Shown here piece after piece: positions 41,939 through 57,199 of a DNA stretch of 64,000 nucleotides; position 1 is the stretch's first letter; every line of letters starts with the position of its first letter. Origin of the DNA: the human T2T-CHM13v2.0 reference genome, Homo sapiens. The DNA lies in NCBI RefSeq assembly GCF_009914755.1, contig NC_060925.1. One strand, written 5' to 3'. A program made the position numbers and the translations under genes. The notes beneath the pieces were generated by a model, which was not told where the DNA came from, did not search any database, and worked only from the letters and a program-made list of their open reading frames with translations.

Positions 41939-42749
41939 GGTACTAATTAAAAAGTGCTTTAAACAGATGCCTATTGCAGGAGACCCAAGAAGGAGGGCTT
42001 CCACCTGGGAGGTCAGGAAAGGTTTCTCAAAGAAAAAGGCAGTAAATTGAATTGTGAAGGCTAAGAACATATTTAGGAAGCAGAAATAGAGGAAAAGAAT
42101 TCTGAGGAGCAGTCATATTCTGAGCAAAGTTATGCAAGTCTGTGATGGGTTAGAGGAAAAGTGTGAACTGGAATTTGATGCATCTGGATGTGTAAGGTGT
42201 CAAGTCTGGACAGGGAGGTGAAATAGATCTGTGGAAAGATCACAAAAGGATTAGGAAAGCATCAGAGAAGGGGTGATTTGAGATGTGAGGGAAGGGAATT
42301 GGGAGGAATAGATTTCTGCTCCCGAGGAAGATGAGTGTCAAGATTGATATTGTCTGACTGAAGATTGGTTGGGTCTGAAGAAGGCAGGGACTGAGGGCCA
42401 GAAAAGGTTTCTCTACACCCTTTAAAATCAAGGTTATGGATCCAGATTTCTACATAAGATTGAGATATTAATCATATCCTTCAATATTTAAGGGGAAGTA
42501 GGATGGAAAGTTGTCATTGCAAACATTTCTAGAACTGGAATGTTGATGTTTGCACCCCAACTCACTTTTCACATCAGACTAAATGAGTTTAAGTGATTTG
42601 CCCATACCCATTCATTAATGTATTTGTCCCACAAGCATCTGTCACACGCAGGGTGCTGTGACAGGTACAGTAACAGGAATAAATAGCCTTGGATCCTGTC
42701 TTAAGGGAATTAACAATCTAGTGGTGGAGGTAAGTCATGCGTGCAAATA

Positions 42750-43096
42750 CAGCTGGTCCCCCACTTACAGTGGTTCGATTTATGATTTTTGACTTTACAA
42801 TGGTGCAAAAGCAATAAGCATTTAGTAGAAACCATATTTCAAATTTTGAATTTTGATCTTTTCCCAGGCTATCACTATGTTTCACTTTATTCACTTCATT
42901 ATAAAATAAACTTTGTGTCAGATGATTTTGCCCAGCTGCAGACTAAAGTGTGTTCTGAACATGTTTAAGCTAGGCCAGGCCAAGCTCTGATGTTCTGTAG
43001 GTTAGGTGCATTAAATGCATTTTCTATTTATCATATTTTCAGCTTAAAATGGGCTTATCAGGTTGTAACCCCATGATAAGTTAAGGAGCATTCATA
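42750..43096. mobile_element. MER47 (Tigger-family) MITE
   Basis: cagctggtcccccacttacagtggttcgatttatg...taaccccatgataagttaaggagcatt. Confidence 0.75.
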
Positions 43097-44151
43097 CTGA
43101 AATTATAAGACAGAAAGTTCTAAATGGGATCAAAGAGGACTGATGAGCTCTAGGAAGAATAGACAGTTTAGAAATGGAGGGGGGGCATTTCTCCACACTG
43201 TTGGGTGAGGAAGAACCAGGAATGGCTCACAAAGAGGCAGGTGGGCAGGGTCTTGAAGAGTGAAGAGAATGTGAACTCGTGGACAGGGAGAAGGGCTTCC
43301 CTGGAAATGGGGAGTTAGGAAGAGAAGCCATATGCCAGGGGCGGGAATGAGTGAAGGGAATAAAGGCAGATGAAGCTGGAAGGTAAGTTAATGTGATGGC
43401 GTGCGAGGCCTTGACTTCCAGGCGGAATACACCGCCTTAATCAGCAGATTGTAAATCCCAGTCCCATAAAGGCAGGGCCAAGGTCTGTCTTGCTCACACT
43501 AAATCTCCCAAACCTTGCACGGTGCTCAATAAATCTACACTGAATGAATGAATGAAGCTGGAATAATTGAATCTCACTTTGACACCTAGTTAATTTAGTG
43601 ATACCCATAACAATTTTTTTCACAGCTCTGGCTCATTCCATCTAAACCTGAACAGTGGGGTAAAAATAGGTAAAGGATGCAAGGTGGAAGGAAAGCAGCA
43701 GATTCTGTTCTTCCAGAACCCTCAAGAGAAAAAGGTTATTTAAGAGAAATAATAATTTTGACACTTGATGATGTTACATTTGCATTCTTCTTTTTGCTCT
43801 TAGTAACATCATTATAAATTTTTTCCAATAAATGCCGTGCGTGTGTACGTGTGTGTGCACTAGAACATAAGCATATTTTGTGTGAGAAATATACATATTT
43901 CTAACACAAATATGTATATCCTTTAAAAACATTATCAACCAATAAGAAATGTATGTGCATATTTGTATATATAAATATATTTACATTAGTATATGTAATT
44001 ACATTTACATTTGTAATTACATATACATGTCTGTCTATTGGTTGATAATGTTTTAAAAGGTGTTTATATTAAAAATAAATACTTTATGTTATATAATAGT
44101 ACTGAAGCAGAAACAAAAATTTCACTAGACCTCATGTCAAGACTCATCTGA

Positions 44152-44400
44152 GGCCGGGCACGGTGATTCACACCTGTAATTCCAGCACTTTGGGAGGTTG
44201 AGGCGGGTGAATCACCTGTCGTCAGGAGTTTGAGACCAGCCTGGTCAACATGGTGAAACCCCGTCTCTACTAAAAATACAAAAATTAGCCTGGCATGGTG
44301 GGGGGGGCCTGTAATCTCAGCGAGCTGAGATCGTGCCATTGCACACCAGCTCGGGCAACAACAGCAAAACTCCATCTCAAAAAAAATAAATAAAATAAAA
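44152..44400 (+). mobile_element. AluS with an internal right-arm deletion
   Basis: gtaatctcagc|gagctgagatc junction; TSD gactcatctg. Confidence 0.85.
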
Positions 44401-44700
44401 TGACTCATCTGCATGTCACACAGTAATCTGCAGCTAAAGACATGAAAATACTAAAATATCTATAAACATGATCACACTTGTCTTTACTGTAATGTATTTT
44501 TTTTTCATAGTAAGAATCTTTACTGGAAATTTTACACGCACAGGAAAAGAACAAAGTGTAACCAAATGCAGATTTGGCAGCAAGCATTTAGTGCTACCCT
44601 TTCAGATGAAATATTGTAGATGTGAAAAACCAATAAAACCAACTTTAGCTACAAGCTTGGCCTCCAATACAGAAATAGTATTAGTGTATCACTGTATCAT

Positions 44701-45432
44701 TGTTTTGGTTTATTTATTTATTTATTTATTTAGAGACGGAGTCTTTTTCTGTTGCCCAGGCTGGAGGGCAGTGGCGTGATCTCGGCTCACTGCAACCTCG
44801 CCTCCTGGGTTCAAGCAATTCTCCTGCCTCAGCCTCCCAAGTAGCTGGGATGACAGGCGTGCACCACCACGCCCAGCTAATTTTTGCATTTTTAATAGAG
44901 ACGGGGTTTGCCACGTTGGCCAGGCTGGTCTCAAACTTCTGACCTCAGGTGATCCGCCCACCTTAGCCTCTCAAATTGCTGGGATTATAGGCGTGAGGCA
45001 CTGTGCCTGGCCTGTGTGGGTTTATTTTATGTATCAACTTGGAGGGTGTTTCTGCATGAAATCAACATTTAAATTGACAAATTTAGGGTAAAGCAGATCG
45101 TCTTCCATAATGTGTGTGGGACTCATCCAGTCAGTTGAAGGCCTGAATAGAACAAACAAACAAACAAAAAATGGCCTCCACGAGCAAGAGACAATTCTCC
45201 AGCACACTGTTTTCAGACTTCATCTGCACCCTCAGCTCTCCTGGGTCTCAAGCCTGCCAGCCTTTGTACTGGAACTGGACTGTTGGCTTTCCTGGATTTC
45301 AAGCCTGCCAGCCCATACTGCAGATTTTGGACTTGGCAGCCTCCACAATCACATGAGCCTATATGCAATTAGCATATATACATATATATTATCCCGTTGA
45401 TTCTGTCTCTCTGGAAAGCCCTGACTAATACA
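44701..45432 (+). mobile_element. MLT2 (ERVL) solo LTR with an antisense Alu (~44708-45012) at its 5' end
   Basis: ttttatgtatcaacttgg...catccagtcagttgaaggcctgaatagaac...ccctgactaataca; probable TSD atcat/atctt. Confidence 0.8.
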
Positions 45433-48059
45433 ATCTTTTTTATTTTTATTTATTTATTTGGACATGTTTAAGGTAGGCTAGGCTAAGCTCTAATGTTCAG
45501 TAGGCTAGGTGCAGTAAGTGCATTTTCTATTTAGGATATTTTCAACTTAAAATGGGTTTAGCAGGATGTAACCTCACGATAAGTCGGGGAGCATTGGTAA
45601 TGAAATTATAAGGCAGAAAGTTCTAAATGTGATCAAAGAGGACTGATGAGCTCTAGGAAGAATAGAGAGTTTAGAGATGGGGGTAGTTTCTCCACACTGT
45701 GGGATGGGGAAGAACCAGGAATGGCTCTTCTCCATCCCACAATATCATTGAGTAGCAATGTTGATGTGATTTTAGTGGTAGCCCTTGGCAGAACTGCGTT
45801 CTCTGATCTTAACTCTGTTGTTATGCTCCCGCTTGGGGAGGTTACAAAAATCAGGTGTAGGACACACAGTATATTCAGACTATAAGGATGCTGCTGAGAT
45901 AATGGTATAGAAACATCTGTTGTATTCACTTCTTTTTTTCTTCTGTTTTGCTTTCTTTACCTATTTTCACCCTATCATGCTGTATGTACGTGTGTCAGCC
46001 AGCCAGGTTATTTTAGGAATTAGATGGAATAGGAAAAAAAACCCAAATGAATGTGTTAATGACTTTTCCTTATACATTTAGCTCAGAAATCTTAGCAGAA
46101 AATTTTCAGCGAAACTAGCAAAATTGAATCACCATTACGATATTGACTAGCCTCATACATACCACTCTTATAATTATATTCAGGCTTTTTGTATTGTAAC
46201 TGCTTGTTAAATATACATTACAGACCTAGAGAAGATTTTTTTTTTTCTGTTTTCAAGTCAACTTTTGTTCTATTATTTAGTAATCTTCCAACTCCGGGAG
46301 AGAATATGAATTTTTTGAATTAAAAAGGATGTTATAAGTGACAGTACTTTTGTTCTCTGATTCAAAATAGTGACTATATATATAACATATACATTTTACG
46401 TTATATAAATATATTTGCCTATTTCATATTGTACTTTCATATATTTACATTTTTATTTTGTATTTTACATACGTATTTATATGTATATTTTTACATATCC
46501 CTATACATATAAAGTAATGAGTTTTTTTTTGTCATTGAAAGAACATTCTCATTTAACTGCAAATGTAGTTAAAATTTCGTAGAGACATCTTAAGAGGATT
46601 CAACATGAAGTCTCAAGTTATATAATTGTGGTTTTCTTTGTTTTGCATTGTTCCCCATATGTCACCTGTGATAAAGCTGAATTGCATGTGATTTTTACTT
46701 CACTAGTTTTGTTGAAAAATACCAAAAGTTTTTAGAAAAATTTGTATAAAATGTGTATTTTAGAGTGTTTCTCACAATGTAAGAGACAGCCTAACTACTA
46801 CTCTATTTCTAACTCAAAATATCTCTCATTGTCAAATATTGCTGGTTTAGTTTTCAATTATAAAACAGTCCTGGGGTAATTTATATAAATACAACCAGAA
46901 TAATAGATTTTAGAACTGGAAGGGATCATAGGGGTTTAGTCTAGCTTCTTAATGTTACATATATAAAAATCAGGCCCAGAGATGTTAGGTATCATAATTA
47001 AAATCATACAGATTCTTAAACCACGAATTCTTAGAAACAAAAAACACTAAAAAAGTTTTTAGTGGCTGAAAAAAATGTTTTAAAAAGAAACACAGGAGTC
47101 AATTTTATAGGTAAGAGTCATTTATAATGTTACATCAAAGATGGGTTTATTCCCTGCTAAAATATTTGTTTGCTGTCATCTAACTATAGCCATAACATTT
47201 CACCATGGTCAACTAGAAAAAGCAGTTGAGGTATTGTGATTTGTCAAGCCATGTGGGATATAAGAAACAATTCATAAGAAGGCCTATTGCTAATTTTAAT
47301 CATGTCAGAAGAAGGAAAGTTTAACAACATTGTCCAGGGAGTGCGGCTTCCTCTGGCGTTGGTTTCTCTCTCTGAAAGTAGACATAATCCTGACTGGCAT
47401 AAGAGAATGTTAATGAGGCTTCAGTCTTGCTAGTAAATTTTTTTGACATTTGCTCTCAGAGTAGCATGCATAAAAAGAGTATTATTAATATTTAGCTTTC
47501 CATAGTGCCATCATTATGCATTGCATCATGAAATCAATCTAGGAGACAAGGTCCCCCTCCAGTCTGCATGAAGCATGAGTTTGTTGATATTTTTAGATCA
47601 GGTACCCGCAGTAAGCGGAAATGAAGCTCTGGTTTTCTCATTGTAAGGGGGTTTTAGTTGGTTGTCGGGCATGCTGCCTCTTTGCCTCTACTAAGCACAG
47701 TCTTCACGGATTTTATAATGAGGAGCCAGGTGGCATGAAGAACATTCATTATTAAGAATAATGAGAAAATGGTATAATACAGAAAAATAAACTACAACAT
47801 CCCTATTTTGACCAATGTATTTAACCTTTGCACTAATCAACTGTTTCCTCCCTTAATCAGAATGTTATTGATTAGAGTTCATGCACTTTCAACAGGGGCA
47901 AAAACTGGTTCTTGAGGGTCACAAAATCTTAACCATAAAACAGTAAAAAATTCCTGGCCATAAATTCTCATAATAAAAACCAAACACCAAAAAGTTCTCA
48001 AAGGCTGAAACAGATATTTTAACCAGAAGCACGGGAGCTAAACTTATATTTTAAAACTG

Positions 48060-49830
48060 TTTATAAGTCCAGAAGTAAACCCACCCATATATGGCCAAAT
48101 GATATACAAGGGTATCAGGATCATTCAATGGGGAAAGACTGTTTTTTCAACGGATGGAGTTGGGAAAACTGGATATCCACATGTAAAGGAATGAAGCTGG
48201 ACTCTTACCTTACACGATAAACCAAAGTTAACTCAAAATGGATCAAAGATCTAAGCATTAAGAGCTAAAAGTACAAAACTCTTAAAAACTTCGTGACATT
48301 AGATTTGGCAATAATCTCTTGGATATAAGAATAAAATCACAGGCAACAAAATAAATTATAGATACACTGGTCCAGATCAAAATTAAAATCTTCTGTGCAT
48401 CAAATGACACAATCACCAGAGTAAAAAGGCAGCCCACAGAATAGGGGAAAATATTTGCAAATCATATATCTGATAAAGGATTAATAAAGAATCCTACCAT
48501 CCAACAATAACAAAAACAACCCAATTAAAAAATGAGCAACAGATTTGAACAGACCTTTTTCAAAGAATATATACAAATGACCAGTAAGCACCTAAAAAGA
48601 TACTCAACATTACAAACCATTAGGGAAATGAAAATCAAAACCACAATGCAATCGCATCCCACACCTATTAGGATGGCCACTATCAAAAACAGAAAATAAG
48701 CATTATTGAGCATATGGAGAAACTGGAACCTTTGTGCACTTCTGGTAAGAATGTAAAAATGGTGCAAACCCAGGCATGGTGGCACATACCTGTAGTCCCA
48801 GCTACTGGAAGGCTGAAGTGTGGGGATCGCTTCAGTCTAGTAGTTTGAGTCCAGCCCAGGAAACAGAGTGAGACCCCCATCTCTAAAATAAATAAATAAA
48901 TAAATAAGTTGCAGTCACTACAGAAAACAGTATGGCAGTTTCTCAAAAAATTAAAAATATAATTATCAAATGATTCATCAATTCCACACCTGGGTATATA
49001 CCCCAAAACATTGAAAGCAGGGTCTTGAAGATATAGTTGTACACTCATGTGCATAGCAGCATGATTTACAATAGTCAAAAGGTGGAAGCAACCCAAATGT
49101 CCATGGGCCAATGAATGAATAAATAAAATATGATATATACATGCAATGTAATACTATTTAGTCTTTAAAAGGAAGAAAATTCTCACACATGCTACAACAT
49201 AGATGAACCTTGAAGACACTATGCTAGGTGAAATAAGCCAGTCCCAAAAAGACAACTACTATATAATTACACTTACATGAGGTAACTCATCAAATTCATG
49301 GAAATAGAAAGTAGAATGATGGTTGGCAGGGATTGAAGGAAGGGGGAATGGGAAACTATTGTTTAAATGGTATATATTTTCAGTTTTGGGCCGGGTACAG
49401 GGGCTCACGCCTGTAATCCCAGCATTTTAGGAGGCCAACACAGTAGGATTACTTGAGTCCAGGAGTTTGAGACCAGCCTGGGCAACATAGTGAGACCCTG
49501 TCTCTATAAAAAATAAACAAAAATTAGCTGGGCATGGTGGGACGCTCCTGTAGTCCCAGATACTTGGGAGGCTAAAGTGGGAGGATCACTTGATCCTGGG
49601 AGGTCGAGGCTCCAGTGAGCCGAGATCATCCACTGCACTCCAACTTGGGTGACAGAGCAAGACTGTGTCTCAAAAAAAAGTTCGGTTTTGTAAGATGAAA
49701 AGAATTCTAGAGATGGATGGTGGGATGGTTGTCCAACAATGTGGCTGTACTTAAGTGCCACGAAACTGTACACTTAAAAATGGCTTAGATTGTAAACTTT
49801 ACTTGGCATGTATTTTTGCCACAATTTTTT
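48060..49830 (+). mobile_element. L1MA/MB 3' region with a FLAM/Alu (~48769-48907) and an AluJ (~49388-49680)
   Basis: aaaactggatatccacatg, atatttgcaaatcatatatctgataaagg, ggaagcaacccaaatgtcca and other L1 motifs. Confidence 0.85.
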
Positions 49831-49945
49831 TAAAAAAGCTCTTTATAATCTTACATAAAAGATTAGCTTATTGCCTGCTACAATATGTTTGCTCTCCAGT
49901 AACTGTAGCCATTATACCTCACCAAAGTGTCTAAAGCACAGATAT

Positions 49946-50302
49946 TCTATTAGTCCATTTATCATGCTGCTGATAAAGACATACCTGAGACTGGGCAATT
50001 TACAAAAGAAAGAGGTTTAATGGGCTCACAGTTCTACGTGGCTGGGGAGACCTCACAATCATGGCAGAAGGTGAAGGGCACGTTTCACATGGCAGCAGAC
50101 AAGAGAAGAGAACTTGTGCAGGGAAACTCCCCTTTATAAAACCATCAGATCTCATGAGAATTATTCACTATCACAAGAATAGCATGGGAAAGACCCGCCC
50201 CCATGATTCAATTACCTTCCACAGGTTCCCTCCCATAACGTGGGAATCGTGGGAGCTACAATTCAAGATGAGATTTGGGTGGGACACAGCCAAATCATAT
50301 CA
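49946..50302 (-). mobile_element. THE1B-like solo LTR
   Basis: Typical THE1 body; 5-bp TSD gatat at 49941-49945 and 50303-50307. Confidence 0.92.
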
Positions 50303-50532
50303 GATATTTATACAGTACATAAACAGATATACAGTACATCTATGATACTCAAATTTCACAGCAGCAGGAGGAGCAATTAGGGAAAAACTGTCTAAAGAAG
50401 TCGCTGGGGAGGGAAGGTAAGGGAAGAAGGGAGATATACTTCCTTTCCTTGATGAGTCTGCAGTCCATACTCCAACTGAGTACACAAATGTCTAAAGGTG
50501 AGACTTGAAAGTCACATACTGAATAATCTATA

Positions 50533-51360
<828 letters not shown>

Positions 51361-51922
51361 ATTAGTTAAAGTTAACTATAACTTGGCCAATGAATGAATT
51401 TCAAGTAGAGGCTCATATAGGTTGGTTAGCAGGCTTATGAACCTAGCTCAGGTGTCTCAGCCCTGGCAGGTGTTGGCAGGTGTTTGTCTTGGCTATGACA
51501 CCTGTATGGTTCCCTCAAATTGTTTAAATGATGACTTAAATGTGACAGAGGAATGCCATGTGTTTTTGACCCTGTTTGTGCAGCTTTGGAAAGGTATTAT
51601 TATTCTACTGTTAGCCAAAACATCTTATAATGACAATACAGTTTGAAGTCTTAGGGAGGGGTGGAGGAGGGAAACATATAGTCAAGTTAAATTGGAAGAA
51701 AAATGAATTCAAAGTGCAGGCCCTGAGTTCTTACTTAGCTATGGCTAATGTGTTTCTATTTCAGAGATCGTATTTAAATTACAAAATGGTTGTTATCAAT
51801 CAACATTATTGACGGAGGAAAGACTTGTACTTACCACTGTTTGGATGGCGGAGATGTGTACCACTCTGTTCACACTCTCAGGGGCTTAAAATATGGTTGG
51901 GACTTAAGATACACACACACAG

Positions 51923-52210
51923 GCAGGGCTTGGTGGCTCACGCCTGTAATCCCACACTTTGGGAGGTCGATGTGGGTGGATCGCTTGAGCTAAGGAGTTC
52001 GAGACCAGCCTGGGCAACATGGCGAAACCTCGTCTCTACAAAAAATATAAAAATTAGGTGGGCATGGTGGCACATGTTTGTAATCCTAGCTACTTGGGAG
52101 GCTGAGGTGGGAGAATGACTTGTGCCTGGAAGGTTGAGCCAAGATCGCACCACTGCACTCCAGCCTGGGCCACAGAGTGAGATCCTGTCCAAAAATAAAA
52201 AATAAAAAAA
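51923..52210 (+). mobile_element. AluJ
   Basis: TSD aagatacacaca. Confidence 0.88.
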
Positions 52211-52852
52211 GATACACACATACAGCAATTAGACCCCGAGGCAACACAGTGTATGGACAATTGCTGATGGAGGTTATCACTGGATTCATAAAATGAGGAA
52301 AGAATGAATGTGGGCTCCACTCCTGTACTGGGTTGAACACTGTCCTCCCAAAATCCATGTCCTCCTGGAGTCTCAGAATGTGAACTTATTTGGAAATACT
52401 GTCTTTGAGATGTAATTAGTTAAGATGAGAATGAGCTGTGGTCGCAGTGGCTCACGCCTATAATCCCAGCACTTTGGGAGGCCGAGGCGGGCGGATCTCC
52501 TGAGCCCAGGAGTTTGAGACCAGCCTGGGGCAACATGGCAAAACCCTGTCTCTATTGAAAAAAAAAAAAAAAAAAAAAAGATGAGGTCATACTGGACTAG
52601 GGTGGGCCTTAAATCTAATGGCTGGTATTCTTATAAAGAAAGCCGTGTGAAGACAGAGAGACACAGAGAGAAGATGGCCAGATGAAGACAGGGACAGATT
52701 GGAATAATTTATCTACAAGCCACAGAATGTCAAGGCAACCACCAGAATTGAAGAGAGAGGCATGAAACAGATTCTCCCTTAGACTCTGCAGAAGGAACCA
52801 ACCCTGAGACACCTCTGAGGCTGTAAGAGAACACATTTCTGTTGTTTTAAAC

Positions 52853-53474
52853 CAGAGGTCCTCAACCTTTTGGGCACCAGGGACCGGATTCATGGAAGAC
52901 AATTTTTCCACCGACTGCTGGGGAGGGGTGAGGTGGCAGGGATAGAGGGATGGTTTTGGGATGATTCAAGCACATTACATTTATTGCGTACTTTATTTCT
53001 ATTATTATTACATTATAATATATAATGAAATAATTATACAACTCACCATAAGGTATTAGGCTGGTGCAAAAGTAATTGTGGTTTTTGCCATTAAAAAGAG
53101 AGCAAAAACCACAATTACTTTTGCGCCAACATAAAACAATCAGTGGGAGCCCTGAGCTTGTTTTCCTGCAACTAGATGGTCCCATCTAGGGGTGATGGGA
53201 GACAGTGACAGATCAGCAGGCATTAGATTCTCATAAGGAGCTCACAACCTAGATCCCTTGCATGCACAGTTCACAATAGGGTTCTTGCTCCTATGAGAAC
53301 CTAATGCTGCCACTGATCTGACAGGAGGCGGAGCTCAGGCGGTAATGCCAGTGATGGCGAGTGGCTTTATAAATACAGATTAAGCTTCCCTGACTCGCCT
53401 GCTGCCCACATCCTGCTGTGTCGCCCAGTTCCTAACAGGGTATCGGTCTGTGGCCTGGGGGTTGAGGACCCCTG
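52853..53474. mobile_element. MER1A hAT element
   Basis: TIRs cagaggtcctcaacc / ggttgaggacccctg; 8-bp TSD ttttaaac at 52845-52852 and 53475-53482. Confidence 0.92.
53056..53134. mobile_element. MADE1 (Hsmar1-derived MITE)
   Basis: Palindrome ttaggctggtgcaaaagtaattgtggtttttgc...gcaaaaaccacaattacttttgcgccaacataa, inserted at a TA in MER1A. Confidence 0.93.
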
Positions 53475-54199
53475 TTTTAAACCACTGAATTTGTTTTGTG
53501 GCTCTTGGTTACAGTAGCCTTAGGAAACTAATGCAACTATGGGAAGATTTCATCAAAAAGCTGGCTTCTGAGGAAAGGCAAAATTTGGATGCAGGAGAGA
53601 AGGGGTGAGGAGTGAATCTTAGACAGAAAGCGGGGTGAAGAAAAATGGAGAGCACGGCATTTCTAGAATGCAGATGGGGATGGTGAGAAGCACAGATCCA
53701 GGGTAAGAGATGGTTCACCTTGGTGATGAGTGAGCACTGACTGGGTAGGTAGGACGGGTCATCTCATCTACAGACGCCCCTGTAAGGCAACACACTACAG
53801 CTTCGAATCTGGGGAAACAAATCCAGGCTTAGCGTTTTACTATCTCAGTGCAATCTGCTCATTTCTGGACCTGATTTATTTTCTATTCCTTCTCATGCTG
53901 CTTGCTATTTCCAGCTGAAAAATATTTTCACTTCATGTCTTTGCTGTCAATGTATATGTTTTATTCATGTTCTCGGTGGCGTATTAGTGAATTCATTCTG
54001 CCTTCAAGGAAGGCTTAAACTTCCCTTTGTATTCTCTGGAACAAACTGCATGGGTCTTTGAGCTTGTTACACTAAAAGTTTTGAAAGGAGTGACATCTGT
54101 TTGGGAAATTCTGAACTTTTCACCTAATTTATTAATATGTTTGGTTCTAGAAAATGTGATATAAGAAATACAATGGAAAAACCTAGCAACAGTGCTCTG

Positions 54200-54202
<3 letters not shown>

Positions 54203-54262
<60 letters not shown>
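54203..54262. repeat. Pure T60 homopolymer
   Basis: Directly visible; no attached retroelement body. Confidence 0.95.
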
Positions 54263-54263
<1 letters not shown>

Positions 54264-54327
54264 TAGAATGGAGTGAAGTTATCTCTAGAGCCACATATTT
54301 GAATTGGTTAGAAATTTTAGCATCTTG

Positions 54328-54958
<631 letters not shown>

Positions 54959-56279
54959 CTTTTTTGTTTTTTCTTAAGAGTAATAATGAAAAGGAAAAAG
55001 GTGTGGGGAGCGAGCCATCACGGAGCACGCTGGGAGCACAGGAATGCGGTTCTGGTTTCACACCAGGACTAGCCTGCTTTGTAAGTCCTGTCTCCTCCAC
55101 TGGATCCTAAGTTCTTGGAGGAGAGGGGTGGCGTCTTTGCCCCTAGTGCCTAAGAGCATCTTGATGACCCGAAGCTGAATGAACAGCGACTCATCATGGA
55201 CTTTGACATCAGAGAAGTCCTTCAATCCTGCCCCCTTATTCCAGCCAGCTGTGTCTCTCAACAATCTGAGCTTCAGTTTCTTCATCTGCAAAATTAGCAG
55301 CTGTTGCTGCTGTCGAGATGATGAAAAGACAACGTAGTATAAAGTGCCAGCTCAGACTTGGGGCTCAGTAAAGGTCACCCCTTTTCCCTTTCTCACATAA
55401 CTACATTTCACCACTGCCAAGATCTGCCTATACATTTTGAGGCTGCGGGGTTTTTCTCACAGAAACTACGCAGCCAAAAGTGCCTATGACGCGGTAAGAT
55501 GTATCTTTAGCCCCCAGAGTTGCTATGTCTGGACTTCATGCGTGAAGAGCGCAAGTTTCAGATCTTTTAGTGGCTGGCGTGCTTGCTTGGATGCCATTCC
55601 TTGCTCAGGTAAATGACGTGGCACAGGGATGGCGGGTGGAGAGAGTAAGGTGATGTAACAGAAGAGACGCTGGATTTCATGGAACATGATTTGCAGTCGC
55701 AAGAAAAGGGTCTCTTTTTTTTTTTGTTAAAGGTAAGCGATGTGTTATCTGAACAAAAGGTGAGTTCATTTGATTCAGCTGCACTGGATTCTCTTCCTTT
55801 GCCCATGCCTATGATCTTTTAATAGCTGTTCTTGCCTGACAGTCCAGGGACAGGATTTAGAACGGTGGCTTTATGCATCCAATGTTTTCTAATAATTCTA
55901 GCAATGAATAAAAAAAAATGTAAAAAAAAATCCTTCCCAGCCCCTACCGTGAGTATGTCGATGGAGGAATGACTAGTTAGGCACATGGAGTAGCATGGTT
56001 GTGTGTACCAGTTCCTGGTCTAGCTCTCATGCTTGTGTGTGTGCATGTCTGTGTGCGTGCATGCATGCTCTGGGGGTGGGGAGGTTGCTTACTAGAGAGC
56101 TAAATGGTCTATGTTCAAAACCTGGTTCCATTATTTTTTTTTCCATCTTAAATTGTCCTTCTCTTGCCTTGCAGAGCTAGTCCTAGTCTTATGACAGCCT
56201 TCCTAAGCTGAGAGGGAAATGGCTGTGTGTCCTGCCAAACTACCCTATCAGCTTGGTTGTATTACTAATGAGGCAAGTC

Positions 56280-56720
<441 letters not shown>

Positions 56721-57199
56721 CGGGGAATTTGAAGTCCACTTATTCTCATTGGCAATGTACGGTAAACTCTTGGATCTCAGCTGTAAGATCTGCAATCTTT
56801 TTGGAAGCGCTACAGGCATTCCAGCTGCTATGCAGGGCAGGAGTGCTGTGGTTCCTATTATAATAATATGAACAATATACTGTCATTTATAGGCACAAGG
56901 TGCAGTCTGCAACATACTTGCTGTAATACATCCACATTGAGAGGGCCATGGAGAAGCCTTTTTTTCCAATTAAAAATATCTATTTAGCATTTATCGTGTG
57001 CCAGACACTCTTCTGGGTAGTGGGATGTTGTGGTGAATGATGATCATGTCTTCCATCACGGTACTGCCGCAGCAAGGTACAAAACCGGCCAGAACTGGTA
57101 CCAGGTGTACTGGGGTAGAGTGGAGTTTGATTCATGTTGTCGACTTGGACAAAGAGTATATTTTTATACTTCCATCCCCATACAGAAACAGCCTGCAAT

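Larger units (their letters stand above)
42959..45741 (+). repeat. Dispersed direct duplication of ~270 bp (42959-43228 and 45462-45727)
   Basis: Colinear match spanning the MER47 end and its non-MER47 flank (e.g. gatcaaagaggactgatgagctctaggaagaataga in both copies). Confidence 0.93.
52324..53535 (+). mobile_element. MLT1B-like LTR hosting a FLAM (52433-52579) and a MER1A
   Basis: tgtactgggttgaac...ctcagaatgtgaacttatttggaaata...acagtagccttaggaaactaatgca. Confidence 0.8.

Noticed and set aside
43139-43180. CTGATGA followed by a short stem (also at ~45643), resembling a hammerhead ribozyme core or C/D box
   Set aside because: No C-GAAA directly after stem II, no stems I/III, and no proper C/D box pair.
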